Assembly (NCBI RefSeq): GCF_001194135.2
Contig: NC_069005.1
Span: 30,212,486-30,276,485 of the forward strand
Direction: 5' to 3'
DNA: 64,000 bases
Source: Octopus bimaculoides
Taxonomy: Eukaryota
Of the stretch, positions 1 to 13,100 are shown one piece after another. A model generated the notes under the pieces. It was not told the DNA's origin, ran no database searches, and saw only the letters and a list, made by a program, of their open reading frames with translations. Position 1 is the stretch's first letter; the number at the start of each line of letters is the position of its first letter. Position numbers and translations under genes: made by a program.

Positions 1-275
1 TGAGTGGATTTGGTAGACGGAAACTGAAAGAAGCCTGTTGTATATATGTATATATATGTATAGTGTATATGTTTGTGTGTCTGTGTTTGTCCCTCCACCA
101 TCGCTTGATAACCGATGCTGGTGTGTTTACGCCCCCGTAACTTAGCGGTTCGGCAAAAAGAGACCAATAGAATAAGTACTAGGCTTACAAAGAATAAGTC
201 CTGGGGTCGATTAGCTCGACTAAAGGTGGTGCTCCAGCATGGCCACAGTCAAATGACTGAAACAAGTAAAAGAGT
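1..275 (+). mobile_element. tRNA-derived SINE (family A), 3' part, cut by window start
   Basis: TGAGTGGATTTGGTAGACGGAAACTGAAAGAAGCC, then a (TA/TG)n spacer, then a tail ending GGTGCTCCAGCATGGCCACAGTCAAATGACTGAAACAAGTAAAAGAG. The same element recurs at 24068-24455, 21255-21470(-), 26640-26850(-), 33670-33870(-) and 47905-48065. Confidence 0.85.
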
Positions 276-479
276 ATATATATATGTGTATATAATAGAA
301 TAAGAAATAGAAAGTCCTTGGTACAGTATTATATAGTTGAAAAAATATATAATATCAACATTAACAATGCAAACTTCACCACACACACACACACACACAT
401 AAACATTCACAAAAAATGACTGCATGAGTAAATTAAAAAACATTCCTGGCCGAATCTGGACCTACAATCCTGAAATTTG

Positions 480-880
480 GGATTCCCAAGTTTTCATTAC
501 CACAATTGTTTTCGGTGATTTGTTTTACATTTTATTTTGTGACAAATTTTTTGGTATGATAACAATTTTTGTAAGTTGGAAATAAATTTTGGGAATAATC
601 GAAATTAATTGCAAAATCCAGTGATTATTTTCAGCCGTCTTCTTTTATGTGATTTTTTGCAACAAATATGACCATTATTGGGATATGACTCTTGGCGACG
701 CAGTAACAACAAATTCTTCAAAACAAGTCAGAGATCTGTTTGCAGATCTTCCCATTTGGGGTCAGCAGCTTAAAAGCTATATACTTCAGCAATGTAACTA
801 CACATGTACTGTAGGTGATTTCTTTTCCTACTTCGGACATTTACCTTTCTCCTTTTTGACAAAGAGTTATGCCTGAAATG
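480..880 (+). mobile_element. Helitron RepHel coding remnant (decayed)
   Basis: The + frame at 649-760 reads DHYWDMTLGDAVTTNSSKQVRDLFADLPIW. This matches the recalled Helitron Rep-helicase linker pattern (DxxWxxxLxEAxxxxxPxQxRxLFAxxL). No intact long ORF. Confidence 0.45.
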
Positions 881-1122
881 TTAAAATCTCCCTCTTTTTA
901 CTGAGCATCAAACTAACACATTCTTTGTCCTTGAGCAAGACACTTTATTTCACGGTGTTCCAGTCCATTCAGCTGAAAAAAATTAGCAGTACCTGTATTT
1001 CAAAGAGCCATGTCTTTGAGAAGTATGTGAAGGAGTATGCAAGTCTGTGGAGTACTCAGCCACTTGCACATTAATCTCACAAGCAAGCTGGAACTCTCAT
1101 TGTCGTAAGCAATGGAGTCCAG

Positions 1123-1172
<50 letters not shown>

Positions 1173-1572
1173 GTATATACATATACATATATATATACAT
1201 GAGGGAAAATAAAAAAATCATCTGCACTTTTGCCATAGCATATCTTTATTATTGTCGTATATATGTGTGTGTGAGTGTGTATACATATATGTATGCATGC
1301 ATACACACTCACACACACACACACATATATTTCATTGAGAACTTTAAACATGAATGCAATTTATATGTCTTTATAAATGATGAAAGGATGAATTACCAAA
1401 TCCTTTAATACACAAACTGTCTGCCTATCTGAGGTTTTTCACACTCAAACACTGTATACTTGTCATGATTGAGAAAGCAATTTTATGTCTTGCATTCGGC
1501 TTCACTCAACCTTAATTATCCTCCTTACATTATCGCAGCTTTCATCTGTCATTCTTAAGCATATTATTTGTA

Positions 1573-2089
1573 CAGGGTGTCCTAGAATTAACTATCTGTT
1601 TCATTGAAATAGGGCAAATTTAAAAAACAAAAAACTGACAGAATTTGTTTGGTTATTACTTAATTACGATACCAAAACAAATAGATTTATAAATCTTATG
1701 TCAAAACTTCATTGAAAATTTTCAACATGGGCTCCATCTGTATCCCTGCAAATTCTAAATCTATCCTTAGCATTGCGAAACACATTTTGAAGCATTTCAG
1801 GAATTCTCTCCTGCGCTGCTTACTGAATGTGTTCTTTAAGTTCAGCTAAACTATTGCTCCATTCTGGGGGTTGGAGGTAGAGAAAATGATTGCAGCCAAA
1901 TTAGTAAAAAAAAAAAAAATGTCATGGACAGTTAAGCTGGATCGAAAAGGAATGAAAATAAAATTGTAAAAAATATAAAAACTATACACTTTTAACACAT
2001 ATTAAACATGATAAACATAAATAAAAGTGAGTTTTCAAAAAAAATCATCCAATTTCACTGAAATAGGAAGTTAATTCTAGGACACCCTG
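1573..2089 (-). mobile_element. Internally deleted Tc1/mariner DNA transposon
   Basis: TIRs CAGGGTGTCCTAGAATTAACT...AGTTAATTCTAGGACACCCTG, flanked by TA on both sides (1571-72, 2090-91). The minus strand keeps a decayed transposase C-terminus, SLAELKEHIQ*AAQERIPEMLQNVFRNAKDRFRICRDTDGAHVENF. Confidence 0.85.
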
Positions 2090-2337
2090 TACTCTCCTCA
2101 TGCACTATATATATCACTATTATTTCAGTATACAAAATTGGAGCAGTGTTTAATTAGCGAATAGACTGAAATGCATCTGATGCTCTCGTTAGCCTCTGCT
2201 GGTATGCATCTTCTCTCTCCGATATTTATTGTGTTGTAACTCAGTAAATCCATAAGAGATGTTTTATCCATAGAGATACTGCAATAACTTGTCTACTGAC
2301 AGTGTGGATGCATTAAGTACAATACATATAACTACAT

Positions 2338-2720
2338 GTTGTTGTTGGCACTCCGTCGCTTACGACGTCGAGGGTCCCAGTTGATCCGATCAACGGAACA
2401 GCCTGCTCGTGAAATTAACATGCAAGTGGCTGAGCACTCCACAGACACGTGTACCCTTAACGTAGTTCTCGGGGATATTCAGCGTGACACACAGTGTGAC
2501 AAGGCTGACCCTTTGAATTACAGGCACAACAGAAACAGGAAGAAAGAGTGAGAGAAAGTTGTGGTGGAAGAGTACAGTAGGGTTCGCCACCATCCCCTGC
2601 TGGAGCCTTGTGGAGCTTTAGGTGTTTTCGCTCAATAAACACTCACAACGCCCGGTCTGGGAATCGAAACCGCGATCCTATGACCGCGAGTCCGCTGCCC
2701 TAACCACTGGGCCATTGCAC
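2338..2720 (-). mobile_element. Full-length tRNA-derived SINE (family B)
   Basis: Minus strand shows an A-box-like TGGCCCAGTGG and a B-box GGTTTCGATTCC in the head, a unique body and a (CAA)n tail. Fragments of the same family at 1035-1118, 4305-4330 and 20870-20945. Confidence 0.85.
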
Positions 2721-2864
2721 CTCTACATATATAGCTACATATAACTATTTTAACTAAATACTACTTCAAGTGCACTTATCAGATTTTTAATCAGCCCAGC
2801 AGCTATTTACAACAACAATGAATGTTTTATTCAGTTTTTTTTTATTTTTTTTTTAGTGAAGGCA

Positions 2865-3010
2865 TATGGCTCAGTGGTTAGAGCGTTGAGGTGGTGAGTT
2901 TGATTCCTGGACTGGGCTGTGTGTTGTGTTCTTGAGCAAGTCACTTTATTTCACATTGCTTCAGTTCACTCAGTTGTAGAAATGAGTTGCAATGTCACTG
3001 GTGCCAAGCT
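2865..3010 (+). mobile_element. tRNA-derived SINE (family C)
   Basis: TGGCTCAGTGGTTAGAGC...GAGTTTGATTCC head, then TTGAGCAAGTCACTTTATTTCACATTGCT core. Related copies at 925-985, 54001-54130, 55690-55830(-) and 62625-62760(-). Confidence 0.8.
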
Positions 3011-3739
3011 GCTGAAATGTGAAGTTTATGGTATTGATTACTTAAACAGCATGCACATGTCACAGAAATGGTTAAAAAAACTCTGTTCTGGAGATTGACC
3101 CAATTTGCTGACTTTTCTGGTGGCATGCAGGTGTTGATGAATGGTTGAACGACCAAATCCAAGGTTCTCTGCTGGAACCTACTTCCCTGACAGCCACGCC
3201 TGCGCCTATATATATATATATGTGTGTGTGAGCGCGCGAGCGAGGGGCAGAGGGTGTGGCTGCACTGGCACCCACCGCAGCACATAAATACATAATGCCG
3301 ATAAGGATTATTACGTCTCTTCGTAAAGGCTTTTGAAATGTGCTAACATTATTAGTGCAAGCTGAGTTATGTACCTTGATACAAGGTACATAACTCTACA
3401 GTTCTTATTTTGTAAAATAAAACTGACAGCTTAGCATTAATATGCGGTAACCAAACCTGTATCACTTCCGTACGGAGGTTATTAATAATTAATTTTTTAT
3501 TACAGCTATAAGCATTTCGAACCTAATTATTCAAAAGGAAACAAGTAACTTGTATAGTCATGACACAGTAACCTCCCTTGTACTGCGAATGTGTATCGCG
3601 CGCATACAAGAAAAACAAAAATGAAAAGGAAAAAAACAGAATGGTCACAACTTAAATTGCCTCCTGATTACACGTTTGTTTGACCAGAGATGACCTGGGG
3701 TCAAACAGTAATTCTTTTTTCTCTTTCTTCTGTAGGCTG

Positions 3740-4195
3740 ATAACCTGTCATTTTGGGGAGTGGTGGTGGTGGTGGTGGGGGGTCTAGTTTCAATTACATT
3801 GACCCCCCCCCTCTTCCCCTAGTGCTCAACTGGTACTTCTTTTATTGATATCCAAAAAAAGACGAAAGGTAAAGTCTTTCGAAATCTGAAGGTAAAGAAC
3901 CGGATGAAATGCTGCTAAGCATTTTGTCCGATATGCTAACGATTCTGCCAGCTCACCACCTAATAATAATGATAATAATTATAATTTCAAATTCTGGCAC
4001 AAGGCCAGCAATTTCGGAGGAGGGAGAAAACGGAATACATCGTCCCTAGTGTTCAGTTAGTACTTATTATATCGATCCCGAAAGGATGAAAGGCAAATCG
4101 ACCTCGACAGAATTTGAACACAGAACGCAAACAGTCGAACAAAGTGCTGCTTGGCATTTTGTTCAGTGCGCTAATCATTCCGACAGCTCGCCTGC
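3740..4195 (-). mobile_element. Tandem copies of SINE family D (core TTGCCTTTCATCCTTTCGGGGTCGAT, AAT tail)
   Basis: Two co-oriented copies joined by (AAT)n. The same family occurs at 29870-30410, 37050-37265, 40400-40518, 43500-43900, 45285-45490, 57370-58950 and 61570-61940. Confidence 0.8.
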
Positions 4196-4559
4196 TGTTC
4201 AACAGGAATTAAAAGAAAAATTGACGTTTAGTAAATGGTCCTCCGTCAGTTTCGACAATGACTACTCGGTTGTTCAATCAACTGAACTTCATGCTTATTG
4301 AAATCACGCATATGTGGCTGAGTACTCTGCAGTACTTTTCAGGTACTTCTTAAGAAGAATCAGTGTGACACTGTGTATAAAAGCTTCGCCTTTGAAATAC
4401 AGGTACAGTCGGGGCCAGATTTATGTTTGCACCAATATGGGCTATAGCTCAGCCCCCACCCCATCTCCTCCAAGATTGGGGGCCCAAAGCATTGGAGGAG
4501 TCACCTTTACCTCATAGAAGCCTAAATATTGGAGCTAAAAATTAAAAAAATATATTGAC

Positions 4560-4685
4560 GGCAATCAAATTAATAATGCATCCGAATGCATCCAGCGGTT
4601 CTTGAGATATCTTGTCCACGGACAAACAAATAAACGAACACGACTGAAAACAATACCTCCGCCTTCGCGAAGGCGGAGGTAATAA
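4560..4685 (+). mobile_element. Helentron/HINE-like non-autonomous element 3' end with perfect 28-bp GC-rich palindrome
   Basis: TACCTCCGCCTTCG|CGAAGGCGGAGGTA at 4654-4681, preceded by CTTGAGATATCTTGTCCACGGACAAACAAA. A diverged second copy lies at 17821-17917(-). Classification is inferred from the terminal stem-loop architecture. Confidence 0.5.
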
Positions 4686-5041
4686 CGTATTTAGTTAGTT
4701 ATTAGCGAAGGAAGCAATATAAGTATCGAATAGAAATCACTATATCCTATGATGTAACTGTACAGTAAGAAAACTACAATCCTGCGATATGAGAAAACAT
4801 CTCGTATAGTACTAAAAAGCATCATGATAAAGCATCTCGTATAATACTAAAAAAGAACCCTCGCAGGTAAAAGACCCATAGGAGATGCTTTCTCAAGGCG
4901 AATATTGCAGTATTACGATGTTCTTGCAGCACATCTACGTTAAGTAGGATACAAAAATTGCTCGCGTATTTAGAGGTGTGCAGTTAAGGGAGGCAACTCT
5001 GTGAGCAGTTATAAGTGTGTCACTCTCTAGTGCAAACAAAG

Positions 5042-5299
5042 ATGGCTGCCGCACCGTGTCGTCGAATTCTGGCTCAGGTGAAGGACAAGTTACACAAGAC
5101 TTCTGTACCGGTTCGGACTTCTGTCACCACGACGACCGGAGCGATGCTGAACAAACCGCCGGTGACTAAATTCAGTATGATCAAAATCATGTCGACAGTT
5201 GTGCCGTTTCTCTATTTGGGAGCGAGTGTCAGTCGGAAAGGCGCCGCTTTCTTGGAAGAGAACGATATCTTCGTTCCCGACGACGACGACGACGATTAA
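5042..5299 (+). CDS. SMDT1: Essential MCU regulator, mitochondrial (EMRE), single exon, 85 aa
   Basis: MAAAPCRRILAQVKDKLHKTSVPVRTSVTTTTGAMLNKPPVTKFSMIKIMSTVVPFLYLGASVSRKGAAFLEENDIFVPDDDDDD*. It has a basic presequence, one TM helix with PFLYxGxxxS, and the diagnostic LEExDIFVP plus poly-Asp tail. ATG is in context AAGATGG. Confidence 0.96.
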   Translation: MAAAPCRRILAQVKDKLHKTSVPVRTSVTTTTGAMLNKPPVTKFSMIKIMSTVVPFLYLGASVSRKGAAFLEENDIFVPDDDDDD

Positions 5300-6332
5300 A
5301 GGAGAAACAGCGACAACAATCACAACAATAATAATAGTAACAGCAGCAATTAATAATAATAATAATAACAACTGAAACAGACTGACGTGGTGATGGTGGA
5401 GAGATGGCGTTTGAAACACACCTTTACAAGCCAGAAGAGCAGGGAATGAGGACTAGCAACGGAAGGCATCTAGGCATTCTGTTGCTAGACAGATAAGTAA
5501 TTTTCTACTTCAGGCAAGAAGTAGAAAAAAAAAAGAAGCCTTAGTGTTACTTTAGTTTATAAAACGTAAATTGCTAACCCTCACTCATGTATATATATAT
5601 ATCAATATATTTGCTTTTTTTGTCTTCCTTCTATACTTGGTAGAATGAGCACACGCACCTTTATAAAAACTTTGTTCGTTTCGTAAATATATACCTGTAA
5701 ATATATATATATATATATATATATATAGGCGTGCCCACACACAAAAGGCATTTATTTTTTTTTCAGTTGGCAGTGGCTTGTGGCTTGACTAGTTTCCAAA
5801 AGTAGTCGTGCCACTTTCACCGTGGTCTCTTATTGAATGTCTGTAATTAAAAACGATACATTCATGCAAATGTGTGTGTTTGTGTGTGTTGTGATGGAAG
5901 CAAAATGGATGATGCTTCGATCAAAAGACTCGATCAACAACAACAAAAACAGCAGCAGCGGGGAAAAGAAGAAAATACAGGATGGCCACGACTGGATCGA
6001 GATCGAACTGGAACTCTACAACAACAACAATGGAAGAAGCCACACTCGACATGACAACTTCTCGTTTAAACTTGTGTAACTTAGTATTTTTTTTCTTTTT
6101 ATATGAACGATACTTTTCTTAGTGACATCTTCATTGTATTGTGAACACGCATATAGACACGTGAGAAAATACCTTTATAATAATAATATAATTATATATA
6201 ATATATATATATATATGGCTGCGTTTTTTTTTGTATCCGTTATTTCGTAGCAAGGTCGTGCTTGGCTGTAAAAAAATTAGCTAATCTTGCAAAAACTACC
6301 TGTGCATGCATATAACTGCACACATACATACG

Positions 6333-6378
<46 letters not shown>

Positions 6379-6504
6379 CACAGACACACATACATATAAA
6401 ATGTATGTGTGTTTACTGTTATGTAATATATAAATTTATAATGTGGTTGTGTAGAATAACAACTGTTATATATAATTTTTGTATCTTTCTGAAAACAAAA
6501 GTAT

Positions 6505-6569
<65 letters not shown>

Positions 6570-7364
6570 CCCCACGTTAGTAGTGTGTACATTCTAGAAC
6601 TTCTAGAAAGCTTTCTTTTTTCCTTATTATTTGTTGTTTCTGTTTTTCAAATTTATTTTTCAACTTTATCTTTCCTTCTTTTTGTTTTTTACAGCTGATA
6701 AATATAAATATTTATCCCGGTTGCATAGTAACCATTTTTTTCTTAATCCATTGATATCTGTGTTTACTTTTTAATCTACCACACCCCCTCCCCCATCGAA
6801 AGCTCTTTCAATCACCGTCTAATCTCTCTGGTTGTCTGTCTCTTTTTTAATTTTTTTATCTCTCTCTCTCTAAATATATATTTATATATATACGCCTGTC
6901 TTTCTCTGTGCGTGTCTGTCTTTATCTCTTTTTACTATCTGTCTGTCTGTGTGTGTGTCTCTCTCTCTCTCTCTCTAGACCAATAATTCTTAGAATACAA
7001 TGCCCCTGTCTTGTCTTCTATGAAGCATGTCACGTGCTATCTGTTTACCATTATGTAACAGTATTAGTGATAATTATTTACTATAATTATACTGATTACA
7101 GCGATGACGATGCTGTTGGTATTTCGCAGCCAGCAATCGCAGATTCTCAAATACACCTTAATTAGTTATGTATCTCACACTAATTAACCCCACCACCACA
7201 CACACACACACTGCAACACTCAGCATATCAAAATACACGGTTTGTGTGTCGGGTCGCTCAACTGTGAAATGTCTCACTACTACCATCACTGTTTTTATCA
7301 CCTACTTTTTTTTTTTCCTTTTTATATGAAATAACCTATTTTCCCCTATCTCAGCTTTATACCA

Positions 7365-7554
7365 CTAACGACCTTGGGGAAAGTTTGAATGCCACAACTT
7401 CCAATTTCTGCTCCTTTGATTCCTTTTTTGTTTTCTTCTTGAGGATGGCAGTGAAATCTTTGGCACTTTGCCAAAACTTGATGATGAGGAATACAGGGGA
7501 ACCCTCACACTATCCCCCAAATCAATTGACTGACGGGGGGGAGAGCATTTCAGC
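7365..7554 (-). CDS. Minus-strand gene, putative terminal coding exon
   Basis: TAG|G CTG AAA...: LKCSPPRQSIDLGDSVRVPLYSSSSSFGKVPKISLPSSRRKQKRNQRSRNWKLWHSNFPQGR*. Non-repetitive, but the polypyrimidine tract is weak. Confidence 0.45.
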
Positions 7555-10115
7555 CTACATATTTGTGACATTTTGCCAATGTTAAGAAAGTATTATTATT
7601 GAGACACTGGATGAATGAATACACACATATTTAACAATACAACACACATATATACACATCACACACATAAAAATAATATATTAAATATGGCATCTATATG
7701 TGTGTGTGTATACATATAAACGTGTGTATGTATGTTTGTTTTTATGTCAAGTTCTAATGAAATCAATTTTACATTAAACTGAAGGAATACTTCATATTTT
7801 TTGTTGAGTCTATATGTATTTATTCTCTAACAAGAATAGTGTTGATAAGACATTGAAGTTTTGGCCTGCTTGGCATTCATTGGACTGTCTGATAAAGGCT
7901 AAGCAGACCAAAACTTCAAAATCACCATCAACACTATTGTTAAAGATAAAACTATATATATATACCGGAGTAAGCACATAAAATGTGAAACAAGGTGGAA
8001 AAAAGAGTACTCAAATACCAGAGGTAGAGTAATATGCTTTATTTAAAAGCAGCAGAAATATAACAAAAGACTGTTACTCTACCTCTGGTATTTGAGTACT
8101 CTTTTTTCCACCTTGTTGCACATTTCATGTGCTTACTCCGGTATATATATATATATATAACCCCCTTTTACTCGCACCCACTTATTACACTTGGTATAAC
8201 ACTAGTGTAANNNNNNNNNNNNNNNNNNNNNNNNNNNNNNNNNNNNNNNNNNNNNNNNNNNNNNATATATATATATATATACTCACACATACACAGATCC
8301 ACCATCTACATTCACACATACCTGTTTGTATATGTTCGTTAGTGAAAGATTTATATCTCTGGGTTGAGGACTTACTTTAATGTCACAAGTATGGAAAGAA
8401 AAAAAATTGACTTACTTATTTGATTCTTTGTGTTCATTTTCATTAAGAAGGACCTCTGTGCCCTCATCTGTAAAGTTGTCAGCATTGTGATCCGGCTTCA
8501 CATTGAATACACGGGAAGAAAAAGGTAGTCCGCAATAAGGTAGAAGATAAAAAAAGAATTAATTTAATGAATTAGTAATTTCTTTAGTATTTGAAGAGAT
8601 TTGAAAGAAGGAAAACAATTTAATTTGCTTTGCTGGAAGTTTCTAGATTTCTAAATATGTAATTACTTAATTAATCGAATATCTATTGAAATAATGTAAT
8701 GAAGAAGCAGTAGCGATATGAACTGTGATATGTTTGTATTATTATTATTATCTTGTGCTGAAGTGGTGTTTGTTGTGCTATGGGATGAAAAATAGATTAA
8801 CTGCACCAGGCAGTGCTCTTTAATCACAGTATAAAAAAAATATATGTGCATATATATATATATATATATATATCTGCAGATGAGATCTAAGACTGCTCAA
8901 GTGATTTGAACTTACTCTCTGAAACCTATGTGTATATATTTTGTATATGAAACCCAAGCAGTCTTATTTGTTTCTTTGCACACACACATTTTTTTATACT
9001 GTGATTAAAGGGCTCTACCTACACACACATATACACACAAAATGTTATGAAAATCACTGTGCATTTATATTATTTTAATAAAAATATAACTGCATGGAGA
9101 CTTTTAAACACACTATATCTCTCTCTATTTCTCCATATATATATAATTTATGTGTGTGGATGTATGTATATCTTACACTGTTTTCATTGGTTTTACTTTT
9201 GGTCTTGATCAGTTGTCTTATTCCTCTGCTTTAATTACAAAAGTGTAGACTGGATTCGAACTAGCGATCTTTACTCTTGTACTAAAAGTAACAACATTCC
9301 TATTCACTCAGCCACTGACACATGTATAGTGTTATTACTTTTAGTTTATAAGCTAAAGTTCCAAGTTCATATCAACCCTGGTTCTATTGTGCACACCCAG
9401 GCAGGAACAAGACTCCTGATGACAACTGAAATTTACTGATATATATATATATATATATATATCATTATTGCAAGATTTCTTACTTGCAATAATGAATATT
9501 ATTAGTGTGACAGAGTTTAATCTATTTAACAGCTTATCTTGGACATTTAAAATGTGTATGCATTTGGATGTACATAAGAGGGAATAAAGAATGTACTCTA
9601 TACATGTAGTAGAGTAGGGTAAATAGTACTCTACACAAAATGTAGTTCTATGCATGTGGTAGATGTCATACATTTATTCAAAACTGAGACTTCACTCTGT
9701 TGTCTATTTTGAGTCTCTTATTACCATCATGTCCTTAAGTCACATTGAGGAACTTAACTGGAAACTTATATATAAATAAATGTGTATGTATATTTATGTA
9801 TTCATTATTAGTGATGGAAGTGACATTAGTTAAAAATAGCGTTCTGTATATCATACTTAACACAGATACATGTTGAAAGCCTGGAAATTGCTGCTGTATT
9901 TGACTCGCCAAAGCAGATCTTATGGCTATATAAGTGTTAAAAGAAACAACAACAAAAAACAAAGAAATATATCAGTCACAAAAGACAGCACCAGTGACCG
10001 CGATGGTCACTGGTGCTGTGTGGTTTTTAATGCTATATGGCTATAAGAGATGCCATTTAAAACGAATACTGCAGTTTATCTGGGTATATATCTGCATTAA
10101 GTATTGTATACAGAA

Positions 10116-10149
<34 letters not shown>

Positions 10150-13100
10150 TCATTTAATCATATATATATATATAAACATACATACATATACACACACACA
10201 TGATTATGCCAATATGAGAGGCAGAGCGAAGTAGAATGTTTATATTATTTTATCAGACCTGGGCAACTCCATCACTGACCTAAGAAGCCAACAGTTTCTT
10301 GCAAACTTATTGAGTAGTTTGATTAGTGTGTTTTGCATGAAACTCTTGGCCCCTGAATCACTGCTGTAGTTTCTCAGCAATATGTAAAATTATATATGTG
10401 TTTGTTCAAAATATTTATCTCTGCTCTTCTCGATGCCACCCAGCTCTAAACTGCACCACTTCAGTTTATAATTCTAAATTCAAGCATGACCATCACTAGA
10501 TCATATCTGCTTCACTTCTAATTTTACTCACTGTCCCTTCATTATTTCTGTAGACTTTTTGAAAACTAAATTTTTCTTGACTCTTCAGCATCCAGATTAT
10601 TCTATCAGATGTAATGCTTATGTATTCACATTGTTTTGAACTGATCATGACTTTGATGATGTAATTGTTTAATTTTAGAATGACATTATCATGTAGGTGT
10701 GAGAGGCTGCATCTGGCCAGTTTGAATTTAAAACGAGTAGAAGATTTGGGCCTGATATGGCTAGTTTAAATACTAAAGGGTTAATTTTAGCAACATCTTT
10801 TATACAACAAAGACCTTTATTACACCTATAATTCTTATGAAGGGATTACATGTATTACCTATATTCCTTCATAATAATTACAGGTGTTTACTATACAGAA
10901 CAGCTTGTGTTTATAACTCCTCTATACTACATCCTCTGTATTACTCTTGAAAGAGTACAATTTTTGAGGTACTCTCGTATAGAACAGCTTGTGCACATCA
11001 CTCTTGTATCACACAACATCTGTATATAACTCCTATAAAACTCTGGCTCTGTAACACTCTTATACAGTATAATCACTGAGTATCTTTTTTCTGTACTGCA
11101 CAGTTTCTCTATGTATCCTTCCTGTACAGATCAGCACTTGTGTATATCAGTCTTGTACCATTCAACATCTGTCTATATATATCCTTTAAAACAATAATTC
11201 TGTGGCGCACTTATACAATACAATCTCTGAGTATCTTTCCTGTACGGCACACTGTCTCTGTGTATCCTTCCTGTGCAGCGTAGTGTCTCTGTTAAGTTGT
11301 GTTGCTTACTCTTCGCACCAGCTTCTGTGTCACAATACTGTTCTACATCAAAACACACACACACACACACCTTCGTTTACCTTTTGGCTCTCACAGAAAC
11401 CCCTTGTCCTCTGCACCAGTACTGCTATCTATTTGTACTGTGAGGGTTAGCACAGCGGTCCCTAACCTCTTGCACCACAGACTGGTTTCATGCGAGACAA
11501 ATTTTTCCACAGACTGGGGAGATCACATGCATAACAAAACACAATAAAGCATATAATATATAATCTAATTATTACATATACATTATATATATATAATACA
11601 TATGTAATGCAAAAACATGCTGCAGACTGCGATAGTCTATAAAATAGAGTAAAATCTTAAAATTTATTCTTTCTCTGCAGCCCAGTATCAAAATGATCCC
11701 TGTGCTGGTCTGCACTTAGAGGATGACATTTATTATATATAGAGAAGGGATGGTTGTTTATTCATTAGATGTGTTGCTGCTGATGCCTATGATGATGATA
11801 ACGATGGTGGTGGTGGTGATGGTGACTAATGGTTGTGGTATTGAATGACATCACTGAAGATTTTTGGGAGTGACACTTAGCTGTAATTGTCCAGATTATT
11901 TGCTTGGTTTGTTTTAGTTACTTTCTCGTGATGTGGATGAAATTTCATGCTTCAGTCGTGCTAAAACACGCACACACACACACACACATAGAGCTTTGCA
12001 GTTGTTTGCAATTACACAAAATGGTTGGTGGATTAAATTGGCAGACATAGTTTTAGGCCAAGATGCTGTGGCATTTCCTCTGGCTCTTTGCAATCTGAGT
12101 TCAAACTATATATATATATATATATACATATCTATGTGTTCATGTATATATATATATATGTATACACACACACATATAATACGCAGATATAGTTACATAT
12201 ATAATGTTCATATCCATTTTCTGATACTTAATCACAGTACACATATGCGCATTTGTACACACACGCATTTATACATACACGCATTTATACATACATACAT
12301 GCATTTATACATACATACACGCATTTATACATGCATACACGCATTTATACATACATACATATATAATCTGTACTAATGTGAATTTCAATATGAATCTCAT
12401 TTTCTTTTCTTTTTTGTTTCTCAAGTAATGCTTACAAATGTACTTGTTATTGATAATGCATACATACATATATATATGTACACACACACACACATGCATA
12501 CAAATACACTCCCCCCTCTCTCTTTCCTACTCATGAAGGAGCTTCCCCCCCCCCCAGTCCTTTCACCACCACTCTGTAGATACAACATGAAAGAAGGACA
12601 CACAAATATATATATATATATATACACGTGTGTGTATACACATTTGACAGCAACCTTTTTTAAGTCATTGAGGTAGACTGTTGGTCATTCAAGCTTCTAG
12701 AAGCAACAGCTAAATCTCACTCAAATCATGCTATAACTGTTTTAAAACGGGAAGGACACACGGGATAATCTAAAACAGAAAATGGGATGACCTTGGCCAG
12801 AGAACCTTTGACTATATGTCTGCTTGGTCAGAGCTGACCTGGGGTTAAATAACTACAACACCCTTGAATGTTAACTGTGTCTGTTTTAGATTCTTAGTTC
12901 ATACCAAAACAACGGACTGCAGTTAAGACTCGTGTCTTCTGTTCTATGATTCTAGACCAACCTGCTGTTAGTTAGTGCTGGTTGCTTTATGTTTGTTGTT
13001 GTTGTTGTTGTTGTTGTTTCTTACCCAGACCAACCCTGATTGTGCAGACCAGTTTGTCAAAAGTGCTTCAACCAGGACCATTCTATCCAACTCCCCGCAG

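Noticed and set aside
2640-2720. tRNA genes at tRNA-like heads (also 2868, 24070, 31735, 54001)
   Set aside because: A/B boxes are followed by SINE bodies, no complete cloverleaf or acceptor stem is evident, and the copies are multiple and diverged.
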